Part shown: piece by piece, positions 15,366 through 27,395 of the stretch
Numbering within the stretch: position 1 is the stretch's first letter
How the letters are laid out: each line of letters starts with the position of its first letter
Assembly (NCBI GenBank): GCA_002269645.1
Contig: NIVC01000090.1
Span: 310,001 to 374,000, forward strand
Length of the DNA: 64,000 bases
Source of the DNA: Macrostomum lignano
Taxonomy: Eukaryota
Direction: 5' to 3'
Position numbers and translations under genes: made by a program
Notes under the pieces: model-generated
Told to the model about the DNA's origin: nothing
The model's input: the letters and a program-made list of their open reading frames with translations, nothing else
The model's database searches: none

Positions 15366-15967
15366 TTTTTATTGTGAAGAGCCCAGCTAATTGAGCCGCT
15401 CGTGTCCTTCTTCGCTCCTTTTTGGAAAGCTTCACTCGTTCATTCTCTCATGTCAGATTCTTTGATTTTCTCGAACAGCAATTTCCGAATTTTTATGGAG
15501 ACCAAATCTGAACTGATGGTCACAAGTCTCTCCGACGAGTGTTGTCGACAAATTTACAGCGCTCAGTACATGTATAGTTGCTTTCCACCAGCGACTGTAT
15601 AAGCCAAGATGCCCTCGCGCGATCTATTGTGAAGTCATTAGTATTGATCGAAACGATTACAGACTTCTCGCCTTGCTCTGCTAGCAAAGCGTCAAAGGAC
15701 TTCGTTTCAAATTTATCACCACGTACGTTCGTAGTGTTATATGTCAGCAAGCAGATTTGAAGGCCCGCTTGCAGAATAGAATACTAATATAGCTACTAGT
15801 GAAGCGTCCAGCTTCTTTTTGTCTGTCCAGCCGTTGAGTTTTAGCGCTGATTTAAGAACGCTGAGTCTTAGAGGTGTCGCCATTGATTTTACGTGTACAG
15901 TTAGTTCGCGCATTAAGAACTCTGCATGATCAAATTCCTAAATTACCTAGTATTTTTTTCGAATCAG

Positions 15968-16493
15968 GGGGGTCTTTCTCGAAAGCAACTTACGATCGAC
16001 CATAGACGTAAGTTGGGTAAGCTACACTTACGGGTTGCTCGAAGGGCTCGCAAGTTAGCTATGCGTAAGATTGATCGCAACTTTACGAGTTCGTAACTTT
16101 GCGCAAAAGACTGTTTCTCGAAACGTTCGTATGTCTATGGTCTTTCGTAAGGTTGATCTTAACCCTACGACTGCTCGGTATCAGTCGTAAGACGCACTTA
16201 AGCACTAATCGCATAGTACGTAAAGCTTCAGTCAAGCCAAGTCAAGTTAAACTTTATCGAAGGTGGGTCTTTCTCGAAAGCAACTTACGATAGACTAAGT
16301 AAAGATATTTGCAGATTTATGACCATAGACATGCAACTTTTCGTTTCAGATACGACTTACGAACAGCGTAAGCCACACAAAGTCTAAGTGAGTTTTGAGA
16401 AAGCGTCTTACGAGCAAACTTACGCTACACGTAAATTTCTTTCTTACGATCTAACTTACCATAGAACTTACGTGAGTTTCGAGAAACACCCCA
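15968..16493. mobile_element. MITE, PIF/Harbinger-like
   Basis: Imperfect TIRs (GGGGGTCTTTCTCGAAA ... TTTCGAGAAACACCCCA), flanking 3-bp CAG duplication (15965-15967 and 16494-16496), many internal CTTACG/CGTAAG motifs, no ORF. Confidence 0.6.
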
Positions 16494-18306
16494 CAGTGCT
16501 ATTAATTTGGAATTGGTGTCGTTTAGGGACCGCACAGGCACTATAAGTTTTGCACCGCAGGCCCTTCATTGTGTCGCCGCCTTGCATTCATTTTGGTGCT
16601 GCAAGGGGCTTATTTGCAAAAGAGAAATAAAAAGCGTAGAGAACTCAATTTGCACGCATTAATATATTTCAAAACAAGTAAAATTTACGCTACATTATAA
16701 ATTTGAATTATTTTTTAAACCTGGCGCCTGATTTACTCAACCGAAAATACACACAGTTTTTATATTAAAAAAATCCATGGCACTGGATAAAAATTTAAAC
16801 AGGAGTAAAATATATTATCACATAAAAATTGACACCGTGAGTCAAAGTATATATTAAAGGCGCCATTATTAACTAAGTACATTATAACAATTATCGCGAG
16901 TCGAAATTAGCATGCTTTTGTTAAGTACATGTAAAAGAACGAGTAATAAATACTTAAGAAGTATCGAAGATTAATATTGAGCAATAATCTATAATTAAGT
17001 AATTGCTGATAAGAGTTGATCAATGACACAGTATATGGCTAATTTTTTCTGCTGCACCATTGTAAAGCTTAACATTATACATCGAGTTAAGAATTAAAAT
17101 ACGATGAATTAAAAAACATGGTGTCAAATGTTGCTCGTAAAATATTCAAATATAATTTTTTATTATGCTGCTTTCGATAATGGAATTGGTGATTTGAGAA
17201 TCAGCATGACTGCAACTACAGACAAAATAAAGCTTACATAAAATTTTAGCATAATAGTAGAATCTCCTCTAAAATAAAAAATAAACTTTCACATGTGTTG
17301 TACATGATTAATATGTCAAACTCATTAAGATAAAAATTGATCAATTAAAACAAACGTTCGATTTAAAAAAAATAATTTTAAGCTTAGAATACATGCAGCT
17401 CATTCAGCTTACAGTGCTCAGAAAGACTTGAGCTTTCTTTGCACTCATATATGTAGAGCTTTTGTAGCCCCCATTCGTATTCCGGTGAGCCTTGTTAATT
17501 TCTTGTCTTAATTCAATTTGTTTTTGTAAATATTTTTACAAGAAGAGCAGATGAATGATCGAGTTGCGTGATTAACTCTCTGCATCAGTTTTGGATACGT
17601 GCAAATAATTATTTAAATAATAATTAATCGACTCCTACACTACACAACTTATAACTTCTTCAGCGATTTTGATACAAATCGGTCGCATCAAACTGATCAT
17701 ATCGACGCCGTTTTGACTGCAGAAGACCTTCGTCACTATCATTTTTTCGGTCTTGTCAATTGCTTCAAGGGACTATAGCACCTAAGCTACTAACTCAGAG
17801 GTAACCGGAGTGTCTTATACCAGCCGATTTGTCTGACCAAACCAAAGTCATGGAAGACATTTGAGAGACAAGTCGGCTAGTAATGTTTTCAATTGATGGA
17901 TCACAGCCAGATTCCTTCACCACCTTCATCACCTTCCAACGATCCAGTAGATGAATTGAATCATGATCAGCTACGGGACCTGTTGCCACTTTTTTTACGA
18001 AGTTTGCAAACAAAATGGGAGAACGTTATTCGGTTGGTTCGATTGTCTCGATAGCCGCAGGATTACAATTCGTATGGCCAATACCAGCAGTTAACAACCA
18101 TCTGTGGCTTCTTTCGTGACCCTGACTTTAAAGAAACCACGCAATCAATAGATGCTGCCAATGGAGATTTCTACCAAACTTCTATCGAAGAAGAAGCCTA
18201 AATTAGCGATAAACAGTTTAGCCGCTAACTACGAGTAAAAGTCATCGACTAAAACTGCGGAAAATGGAACTCGACTAAATGCTTCTTGTTGCGGGAATTA
18301 TGGGAG

Positions 18307-21300
18307 CTACATGGATGCTCTATGGATGTCTATTGGGACTGGGCCAACAAACGAAAGTGTTAACAAGAACGAAACCAACAACTTTTTCTTCATCATTTCC
18401 TCCGAAACCGACTTTGGCGGCACGGGAAACCGCCAACTAGCGAGACTTCGATCACGGCACCGAAGTTCACTGTTTTCTTCGAGGCTTCCATTGAACAAGT
18501 AGGCCCCTAGCCGCCAACGCAAGTTGCCTTTCTGTTCTCCGTGCTGCTGCTTTCTTGGAAAGAAACCGAGCATATCGACTACGTTTTTGGTCTGCTGACG
18601 GATTATGAACCTGGGTCGCGTGGACCCGTATCGCCGTTTGAACACGCCATCGGGTGTAGACTGCAGAATCGTTGCCTTGTTGCACGAATCCAACGAGTTT
18701 TTAGCCAGCCGCAGAACTTCATTATTCTCTGTAGTTATAGCTTTCACTAGTAGAAAAGCTCCGTGCATGAAGTGCGCTAGAAAATCGGACTCGTGCTTTC
18801 TGCACCATTCTTGAGACACTTTCAGAGCCCGTTCGAGTGCATTTGGTGGCTTAAATGTGATTAAAATGATGCACAGTTCAAAGTAGTTCTTAGCGAGCTT
18901 AGACTTACAACTCTCCAAAATATTGAGAAGCTTCTCTTTGGTATCTCGACTCAAATGCCGAATCTCCCATCCTCGATCCCAGCGGCCGAAAAAGCAAACA
19001 TTTTGGTCAGCGGAAAAGTCGTCAGCTTCAAATTCAGCAGTTGGTTGATTGACAGATTTACAATCACGCAGGTAATACTCGACAGCCACCCACGCAAATG
19101 GGAAAGTACTAAATTCCGTTTTCTCTGCACTGGGGTAGCACCGCTTGATGAATTCCATCTTAGTTTCTCTGATTTTTAACATCTGCTTTTGCGTAAAAGT
19201 ATCCTGGCGTACTCTGCCATCCTCGTACATGTCTTCCAGCTTAAATATATTTTGTAGAATTGTCTCATGCGTACGCAGAACTGTCTCGTACTCGGATTGC
19301 GGAAGCTTACTGAAATATTCTTCAGTCTTGCCATCGCAAACTTCAGAGAAAAACTTGTTTAACAGGACACGTTGAGCTTGAATCTCGTTGCAGTACGGAT
19401 GCGCCCGGAATTCTCCGTCGTTGAATTTTAAGCCGCGTCTTTTATTTTGCGCTTTGTGACACAGATCTATGCTTTCACAGGCAAGTCGTTCCAGCTCTCG
19501 GAACGGCAATGGCTTCCCTGAATTTAGGCGGCAGTTAATAAGATGTGCGGATAAACCTAGCACCACATCGTCATTGCACTGAGTGTATATAAATCCTTCG
19601 TCATCTTTCAAGTCAAGAGCTTTCCGAACTAGTTCAAGAGACTTTTCGTAGTCATGCGGCCCGTATGAAAATAGGCGAGCGCAGTGAATCAAAATATGAG
19701 GTCGTTTCTCGGAAAATGTTTTTGCAAGCCTAATGAAAACATCTTCAACCTCAGTCCAGGAAAGTTGTTTTTTTGAGGTGCAGAGATTCAAGATCGACAT
19801 TATAAAATCAGTAAACAATTTGCGTGGATCTAACAGGCGCTTGTCACAAGTAATAAGATCTTGAACAAGTTTTTGTAGACAAGGCAGGAGCTGAGAACAT
19901 TCTGCCATGCCGCAAATGTCGTCGATAAACGCTCCGAACTCTTTAGTTTCTTTTTCCTCATCAGCAATCTCTCTGAATAGGCACTCCAGGATGAAATTTC
20001 CGACAACAAATACAGGCGCAAACCCAAAGACTCGTGTGTGCTTTTGCACTGTCAACAAGTGTCTCTGCTTGCCGAGAATAGCCAGAGTCCTGCTGGGATC
20101 GCCTTGCGCAGGTGATAGTCCAACACAGTGAGCAGCGATGGCAAGGTCAAGCGGTGCATGAGTAAAGCGCTGAACCATAGACGCAACAAACAACAGCTTT
20201 TTCTTAGTATCATCAATGTCGGTGAGAAGGAGCTCGACAAATTCTTTGATTCTGCGATAGTCTCTCTTGAAATACCACACCCCGAAAAGGAACGGTGTGC
20301 ATTCGGTCTCGTCACCAACTTCGGTAGCAAACTTTTCAAAATGAACATCGCCTCCTACGCTGTCATAAATAGCAGTGAATGCTTCAGTTTCTTCATCGCC
20401 AAGCTCCATAGTGAGCACTGGAACTCGGGAATTGGATGGCTGACGAAACGAGTCAAGACCGCTAGGAGCCACCTGTTCAGCAAATAAGGCAACAAATTGT
20501 GGGCTTGGTGTAAGCAGTCTTAACTCACTGACAAACGTTTGGACCGTGATGAAGTCAGCGGTATGCGAGTCAAACAATATGAGTACAGGAAGTCCAGATG
20601 CCTTGAAAATCAAACGAACAGCCTCAATAATTTCTTTTAGCTTACTGGTGCACATAGTCTTTACCTCCAGACAGGGATATTCTTGACGCAACTGCCACAA
20701 GACGACTCGAGCAATGGTAGTTGCTCCTGAGAGCGGATCATGCGGAAAACGGACGATTTGGTTTTCGAGAACACTTACGTTTGCAGCATTGCGATCCTTG
20801 CAATGATCCAGGGCGTTTTTCACCCGTTTTTTTAGTCTTTCAATTTCTCTGCGCTTAACATAAACTCTTTTGTTTGAATTTTTGTATTCCAGCTGTTCGT
20901 TAAAGTAGAGCATTTCTCTTGAAAGTTCGCTACCAGCCAGAAACTCGCGAATGAGCTCAACAGCCCTACTCTCTCTTTGCTTTTCGTCCAAATTTAAGTA
21001 ACCTTTTTCACCAGCTCTGCTGTGATACAGTCGAAGGTACGGTTTGTAGCAAGCGAAGGTCTCGCGTGTAACGTTGAATACCCCAGAGACGCCCGGCAGT
21101 TCATAATCTTGTTGCCGACATCCCGATGGGCTTAGGGCATTTAGCATGTAGCCTATTTGATTGTCTGGTGCGACATAGGACTCAGAGCCATGCATATTCT
21201 TTAAACTATTCTTCACCGCTTCATTAGTGTATAGAGTGATTAGTTGAAACTCTTCCGAGCTACCAGACTCAGACTCATAGGCGTCCTTCAGTAAGCCAGG

Positions 21301-22451
21301 TATAATGTCGGGTCTGACTGCCGACGACAAGAATTCGTCTGCAGTGGCCGTGATGAATAGTGCGAGACACAGGACTGGCTTTGGGGTCACGTTCCTTTCA
21401 AAAACCGGCTCCAAGGCATTTGAACGGATCAGCTTTTTTACCTTTGCAGGATTTTTAGGCACAGAAATAGAACGCTCTGTGCAGCCATTGGCTTGAATGT
21501 AAATTGTTCGGTCACCTCGTTGGCACTCTTCCAAGTCGCTTATGTCAATTTTTTCTGAGAGCTCTGTGCAAGCCTTTAATGAGTAAAGTCGACCTTGTTT
21601 GTTCATTTCTTCTTCTATCAATGCACAATGACCACCTGGTTTTCGACTTTCGTGATCGAAGTCGATTATTATCTCCCATTTGCCGCGACCAAGAGCTCTA
21701 GCCAGTTTTTCTTTATCGGCAGGACTGGTCACACCGGAAAACTGTGTTAAAAGCAGCACTCGGAAGGATTTCATTGCCGTTTCCAATTTATTCCTAACGA
21801 AATACAGCGCTTTGGCATCGAAACGCTGCTTGAACTGACTAAATACGCGCTCTCGCATCGATTGGTCCCACTCTTCTTCCGGCAAGTTTTTCGCATCATT
21901 TCTTGTATAAAGTAGTAGATTATCAATTCTGGCTTTGCCCGAAGTTCGTCTAGATCTATTTTTGAAGTACACTGGACCGCATTCTCCAGCAGGAATTTCG
22001 AGCAGACCGTACGATCCTTTGGTGATGCAGCCAACAGACTTAAAGTTCACATCTGCATCAAACTGCACCCGATGAAAGTACACCTCAATACTCGGGAGCG
22101 TGCTGGAATTAAATAAATCCTGGATCTCTTCTTCCCCTCTGAGATTCTGTAAAGGGGAAAAGTTCTTTCTCATGGTTGAACTCTTTCGACTTTCCTCCTC
22201 AATGCCGTAGATCACATAAGAGCTTCGACGACTGGAGTCAGTGATGATGGGCTCACGGAGATCCGGCTGCAGCCCATTGTACATGGAGCAGGCAGAGCGC
22301 AGCATCCGGTAGTTGATATCACCTGACATCATGGATGATTTAAACTCCACGTGTGTAGACTCTTTCACATTTTTGCTAAGCAGGTAGATAAAAATCTTCT
22401 GTTCTGTGGAGAAATGTAGAAACGCCCTCTTGTCACGACTTAGGCTTGCAC
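18307..22451 (-). CDS. SAMD9: SAMD9/SAMD9L-family protein, large coding exon 2 (Schlafen/AlbA_2, SIR2-like, STAND-like NTPase, TPR-like helical region, OB-fold)
   Basis: Uninterrupted 4.1-kb ORF. Motifs: ESTHVEFK..SACSMYNG..YVIYGIEEE (AlbA_2); WEIIIDFDHES and IYIQANG (compare SAMD9 WFAVLEFDPES, WIFCNG); HDPLSGATTIARVVLWQLRQEYPC (compare [24 protein letters not shown]); PVLILFD; C-terminal VSFLLTLSFVGPVPIDI (compare VSFYLGFSIGGPLAYDI). Acceptor TTTTTATTTCAATCTTCAG precedes 22451 (phase 1). Human motifs are quoted from memory. Confidence 0.88.
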
Positions 22452-23690
22452 CTGAAGATTGAAATAAAAATAATAAAATAAATATACTCATTCATTATAG
22501 CCAAGCTTTCAAGTATTTCATATTGAAATGTAAAACAGCAATTACTATGATTTCAGAAAAATATGAATCTGCAGTACACGACAAAATGATGAAAGTTTGA
22601 ACCTTGAATTTTGATTACTTGTTAAGTAAATTTGTAGCTTTATAAAAAACTATTAATCAGATAAATAAGTAGGATAAAAGAATAAATAAGAAATTGCGAT
22701 AGGGCGCATTTTAATCCATCTTTATTGCAGAAATTACTATTTTATTTTAATCTCCGCAATAAAACTCTTTAACTATATACGTCTGTATAACTATATAAAT
22801 TTGCTTAAATACGCTATTTTGTTTAATCGAAGTGAGTTTTGTTTTGCCGATCTAACTATTTTTTTTTAACGAAGTTTTGTTTTAATTGCTATTTTGTTGT
22901 CCAATGGGAGAATATTTCGACAGTATAAATAGAAGGAAAATAGACTCGAGAATAATCAACCTTGGAAGTCAGCCTAACTATAGTTAATCGTATCTTTGGT
23001 TCAAACAAAACCTTAATTAAGCAAGTCTTTCTGTCGCCCCAGTTATTTGAGGGGAGGAGTTTAAGTCAGTGATTGTCGAGTAAAGCAGGATTACAGAGTA
23101 GTAAAGCCGTTTTGGATAAACAAAGGGCGTTTTTGCCAGTTGATTGGTAAGTAAGCATTCTGCGGAAGGATTCCCCAGAAGTGGACATAAACTGTTACAG
23201 CCGAAATAGCGTGATACAGCGCTAAGTCAGGATAGGTAGTGCTGTCATTGGTAACACCGTGTTGGACTGTACAAGTTAGGTCGTAGTGCTTAGTAGTCAG
23301 CAGTGTCTTGCTGTTGCTGCTCGGGCACTTAAGCTACCAGGGTAGATCGTACTGACGATAGCCCATTCACAGTTAGTAAGATATTTGTAGTACATTGAGG
23401 CAACAGAGGTGAGATGAGGTCAAGTAGAAGACTTAGTAATAGCAACTTGGTAACATTGGTGGGATTACAGAAGATAGAATAAGTTTCGCTGTAACAACTT
23501 GGTGGCATTTAAGTGGGATTTATCAGAGAGAAGAAACAGACCTACAACAAATTGTTGGCATTAGTAGGGTGGAGTAACTAAGAGATTATAAGCCTACAAC
23601 AACTTGGAAGGAAGGGATACATTAAAAGAACTTTTAAATATATATATATATATATAAAACAAACAAACAAGCAACAAATTATTAACTTAC

Positions 23691-23811
23691 AGTTTCTGAG
23701 CAAAGTTGTATCCAAAGGAGTTTCCTGTAGCTCCTCTTCTCCTTCGGATGAATTGGAGTCCTGCAAATCATCTGGAACATTTTTGTTTGGATTATGGTCA
23801 TAAACATCCAT
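23691..23811 (-). CDS. SAMD9: Predicted first coding exon of the SAMD9-like gene (MDVYDHNPNKNVPDDLQDSNSSEGEEELQETPLDTTLLRN)
   Basis: ATG at 23811; 121 nt ends at a GTAAGT donor (23690) in phase 1, matching the phase-1 acceptor at 22451. The spliced product is about 1421 aa. Confidence 0.7.
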
Positions 23812-25394
23812 AGTATAGATAAAAAAGTATAATATTTTATATTATTTTGTGCCCCCCCCCCCCAAATGAAATTCGAAATCCGCCACTGATGACTTACCCA
23901 TTCGTAAGCTTATATAGTAGTAGCTAGCTCGCTTAGCAGCAGAGCCACTCTTTCAAAGTAAGAAGGGTATTTACGTTCGAAAGCGTTAACATAGGCCTAG
24001 TAATTGATAGCTCGGGTAAAATTTACGCTTTTCTACTCTTGGTACGAAAGAATTACTTACAATTAGAGTGGAAATTATCAACAAAAAGTTACAACACAAA
24101 AATCCGCATTGAATATTCATATTTACAACTCAATTTAAACTTTTGCGAAGAAGCTTCGATAATCTGTTAAGTATAACAAGTTTAAAATATATTTGCCAAG
24201 GTGAATAATAAAATAATGACAGCGTTTCAAACTTGATGTCTTTTTTAAAGTTGTTGCTTTTATTACTCGTAGTTGTTGACTTCAATGTTTTGACAATATT
24301 AAAATACGACAGGTACATTCATGCTTGCGCTCTTGCACCATGTATTGGTCAGTGTAGTTTTAACTTATTTCACATTCATAACGGAATAGCAAGTATGAAT
24401 GCATGAAAATTATACGCTAAACTTTTTGGCATGATTATTTGCAGTAATTAGCTTAATAATTTATTTTATGGAAGAATAATGTAATTCGATACGCGCCTAT
24501 ATACCCTGTATACTCGACGCGTTTCAGTAGCTAGTAGCTAGCATTCTACTCGTATTATTTCCCTTTGTAATTAATTGCTCGCAGTTTTGGGATAAGTGTT
24601 GACGTTGTTGGTTTTAAAATCAGTATAACCATGCAGGATCTGGCACATGAACCTGAGCTGCACTGCGTCTCGTCGATCATATGAGACATCACGTAACTTT
24701 TTCTGACTGACTATAATGTATATGACTGTTACCTAAAAATTGAAGGCTTGGCTGATTTAGTCATGTACAATGTGGTTTTTTGCGAATAGAATTTAATTTT
24801 TTCAGAATCGTAGCCTGAAGCTTCAATGGGCAGATTTTAGTTATAGAAAATCTGATCAAAAAAAATATAGTATTTTGTCAAATACTAGCCAAAAAATTGA
24901 CGACGAACTCAGTAATAAAATATGCATGCACATGCATTACAGCTTCAAAATGAGATCGTAATGATTAGGGGGAGATTCCAATACTTTGTTCCTCCCCACC
25001 CCACCTATAATTGTGTTAAATACATGTAACTTTTGAATCAATAATTTTGCTTTCGGACGCCAAAATATAGTGCTCTGCTTTCTGTATCAAAAAAAGCACC
25101 TGTGTTGTGGCCGCTGGCCAAATGAATGAAATCAATTTCACTTAAGGCGAAGGAGAGGAGAGGTAGCTCTCAGCTACAGTGAGCTAGCCAATATATATTA
25201 TCTGACTGATACTCATAGAATGTACATCAGTTCGCGTACATTGCATAATAGCATTGAGCATCCACATTCACAACAACCTGTCTACGGCGCCAAAATGAGT
25301 GCAAACAAAACCTCATTTCCAAAATTATTTAGGATTCTTCTGACTTTGTCCCCCTACCAAAAAACCAGATGGCAACACTCCTGAAGAAGGCAAC

Positions 25395-27395
25395 GTCAGC
25401 AGCAGCGCCTTCAGCACCGGCTGTGGGCAGTATGATGTGGCCTGCCAGCTGGACTCAGCGCGGAGGCAGGGTTCGATCACGTGCTTGTGAGTCTTCGTGA
25501 GCGTCGCCGTGCTGAGAACTGCCGCACTATCACGCCGCTGGCTCTGCGGTCCGACCATCGGCTCCTCGTCAGCGACCTGCTTGTACACAATCCGCTTTAC
25601 CGTCCGCCGAAGCAGCCACTGCAGCGCTACTACCGTGCGCTCAAGGAGACCCAGGCCCGTCGTCATTGCGCTAGTGCCTTTGTCAGCGCGCTTGGCGAGG
25701 TAAGCGCCGCAGTTAGAGCAGTCCCGCTGAAGCGACCGGCCCAACGTAGACAGCCGGTCGGACAGGATGACCCTGCGATTCGGCAAGCGAGGGCAGAGCT
25801 GGAGAAGCTCCGCCTGAGCAGGTGGCCAACTCGCGAGGCGGAGGAGACTCTGGCTGCTGTCTACCTGCAGCGGCAACAGGCCGCTGTTGATGACGCCATC
25901 CAGGCCGTCACCGCCGCTGGGACCCGACGCCAAAGGGCGCGTGGCCTGGACCGCCATGAAGCTCTGACCAGGCGGAAGCGGCGCATCCCGCTCAACCTGG
26001 CCGGCGATACTCCGAGAAACGAGCTGCGCGCCTGCGCGAGTTCTTCGCCGCTATCTTGAACGCGCCGCCGTTCCCGTTGCCAAACGATCGGCCGCCAAGG
26101 GACGCTGTTGCCGGCAGAGGAGAGTTTCAATGTAGCAACAGTCAGCACAGCCGAGGCAGAGCGCTGGGTCCGGACGAGGTGCCCATCGAAGCGTTGCGAC
26201 TCCACTGTGTTGCCAGAGAGGTCGCCAGTGTGATGAACCGCGTATGCTTTCGGTGAGGCGGCATCCAACCAATGGATCACAGCGCACATCATCGCTATTC
26301 CAAAGAAGTCGGGCACCACGCGGCTTGAGGAACACCCGGGGTATTTGCCTGCAGTTCTATGCTGCAAAGCTGTTCAACCTGATGCTGCTATCGAGGTAAT
26401 TGCAGCAGAACGGCTTCCGGCCCCATCGCGGCGCAGTGCAGGCACAGATCCTGGCTCTTCGCCGAGTCATCGAGGAAGCACGGACCCGCCAGTCGAGCCT
26501 GATTGCTCTCTTTATCGACTTCAGGAAGGATTTCGACTCTTTCGTGAGGGCCGTGCTCCCTATGGTGCTTCGTGCTCACGTGCCAGAGCAGCTGATTTCC
26601 GCCTTCATGGCGCTGTATCATGGCACGAACGCTGCTGTACTAACACCAGACGGCCTGTCGGATTTCTTTGAGACATCCTCTGAGGTGCTTCAGGGAGATA
26701 CGCCGTTCCTGTTCTTCCTGGTGCTTGACTGGGTGCTGCGGACTGCTCTCTCTTTTAACGAAGACGGCTTCCTTCTGCAGCGACGCGTGGGTTGACGTCA
26801 ACCGGAAAGGAGGCTCAGCGTGCTTGGCTATGCGGACGATCTACTGTCCTCGATCGTCGAGGGCGCCCAGCGCCAGCTGGACCGGCTGGTAAGCGTTGCG
26901 GCGAGCGTCGCGGCCTGGTGGTCAACACGCAGAAGACCGTCGTGCTCTGCGGTGCCGGACGACGTTGAGGCTGCAATTTTCTGCCGAGGCGCTTACGGAC
27001 AGGTGACGAGCTGTCAGCAGTTCGTCTACCTCGTCGGTCTGGTGCCTGACGTTCGCGAGGATCTGCGACGTCGCCATGGACTTGCCTAGGCTGCCTTCCG
27101 TTCCGTCCCAGCGAACTGTTACGCCGTCGGCGACTCCAGCTGGGAGTATGGGGTAATTTTATTTTTATCTGTTTTTTCTCAGGTCATATTATCCGAGCAG
27201 AGTCCTACTGCCCAGAGCCGGTGCAGGAGGTGCTGCTGCTAACGCTGTAGGCACCCTACCGGCGGGGGCAGGCGCGCACTCGTCGTTTCGTCGACTGCCT
27301 GCTGGCTGACGCTGGCGCCCCGGACACTGCCGGCGGTGCGGCCTACATTTGCGCCCAGGCCCTGAAACACGCCCTGTGACATTGTCCTGGCAATG
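25395..27395 (+). mobile_element. Decayed, 5'-truncated non-LTR retrotransposon (RTE-like LINE; APE and RT remnants)
   Basis: FDHVLV..RSDHRLL (APE C-terminus); GPDEVPIEAL; IPKK; QNGFRPHR..QILALRRVIEE..FIDFRKDFDS; VLQGDT.PFLF.LVLDWVL; GYADDL; C-terminal GHIIRAE..EPVQEVLL..RRG..RFVDCL. Many frameshifts and stops; GC-rich relative to flanks. Confidence 0.85.

Noticed and set aside
15402-15785. Short minus-strand ORF with coding-like composition
   Set aside because: No recognisable motif or splice chain; possibly a decayed fragment.
17795-18013. 72-aa minus ORF downstream of the SAMD9-like stop
   Set aside because: Non-ATG start and no motif; likely 3' UTR or intergenic.
22452-22491. Signal peptide MSIFILLFLFQ on the SAMD9-like ORF
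   Set aside because: It is the T-rich intron acceptor read in frame.
23850-23888. Reverse-oriented CAGTGGCGGATT plus G-run, resembling a hAT-type MITE end just upstream of the SAMD9-like ATG
   Set aside because: No partner TIR or 8-bp TSD found in the window.
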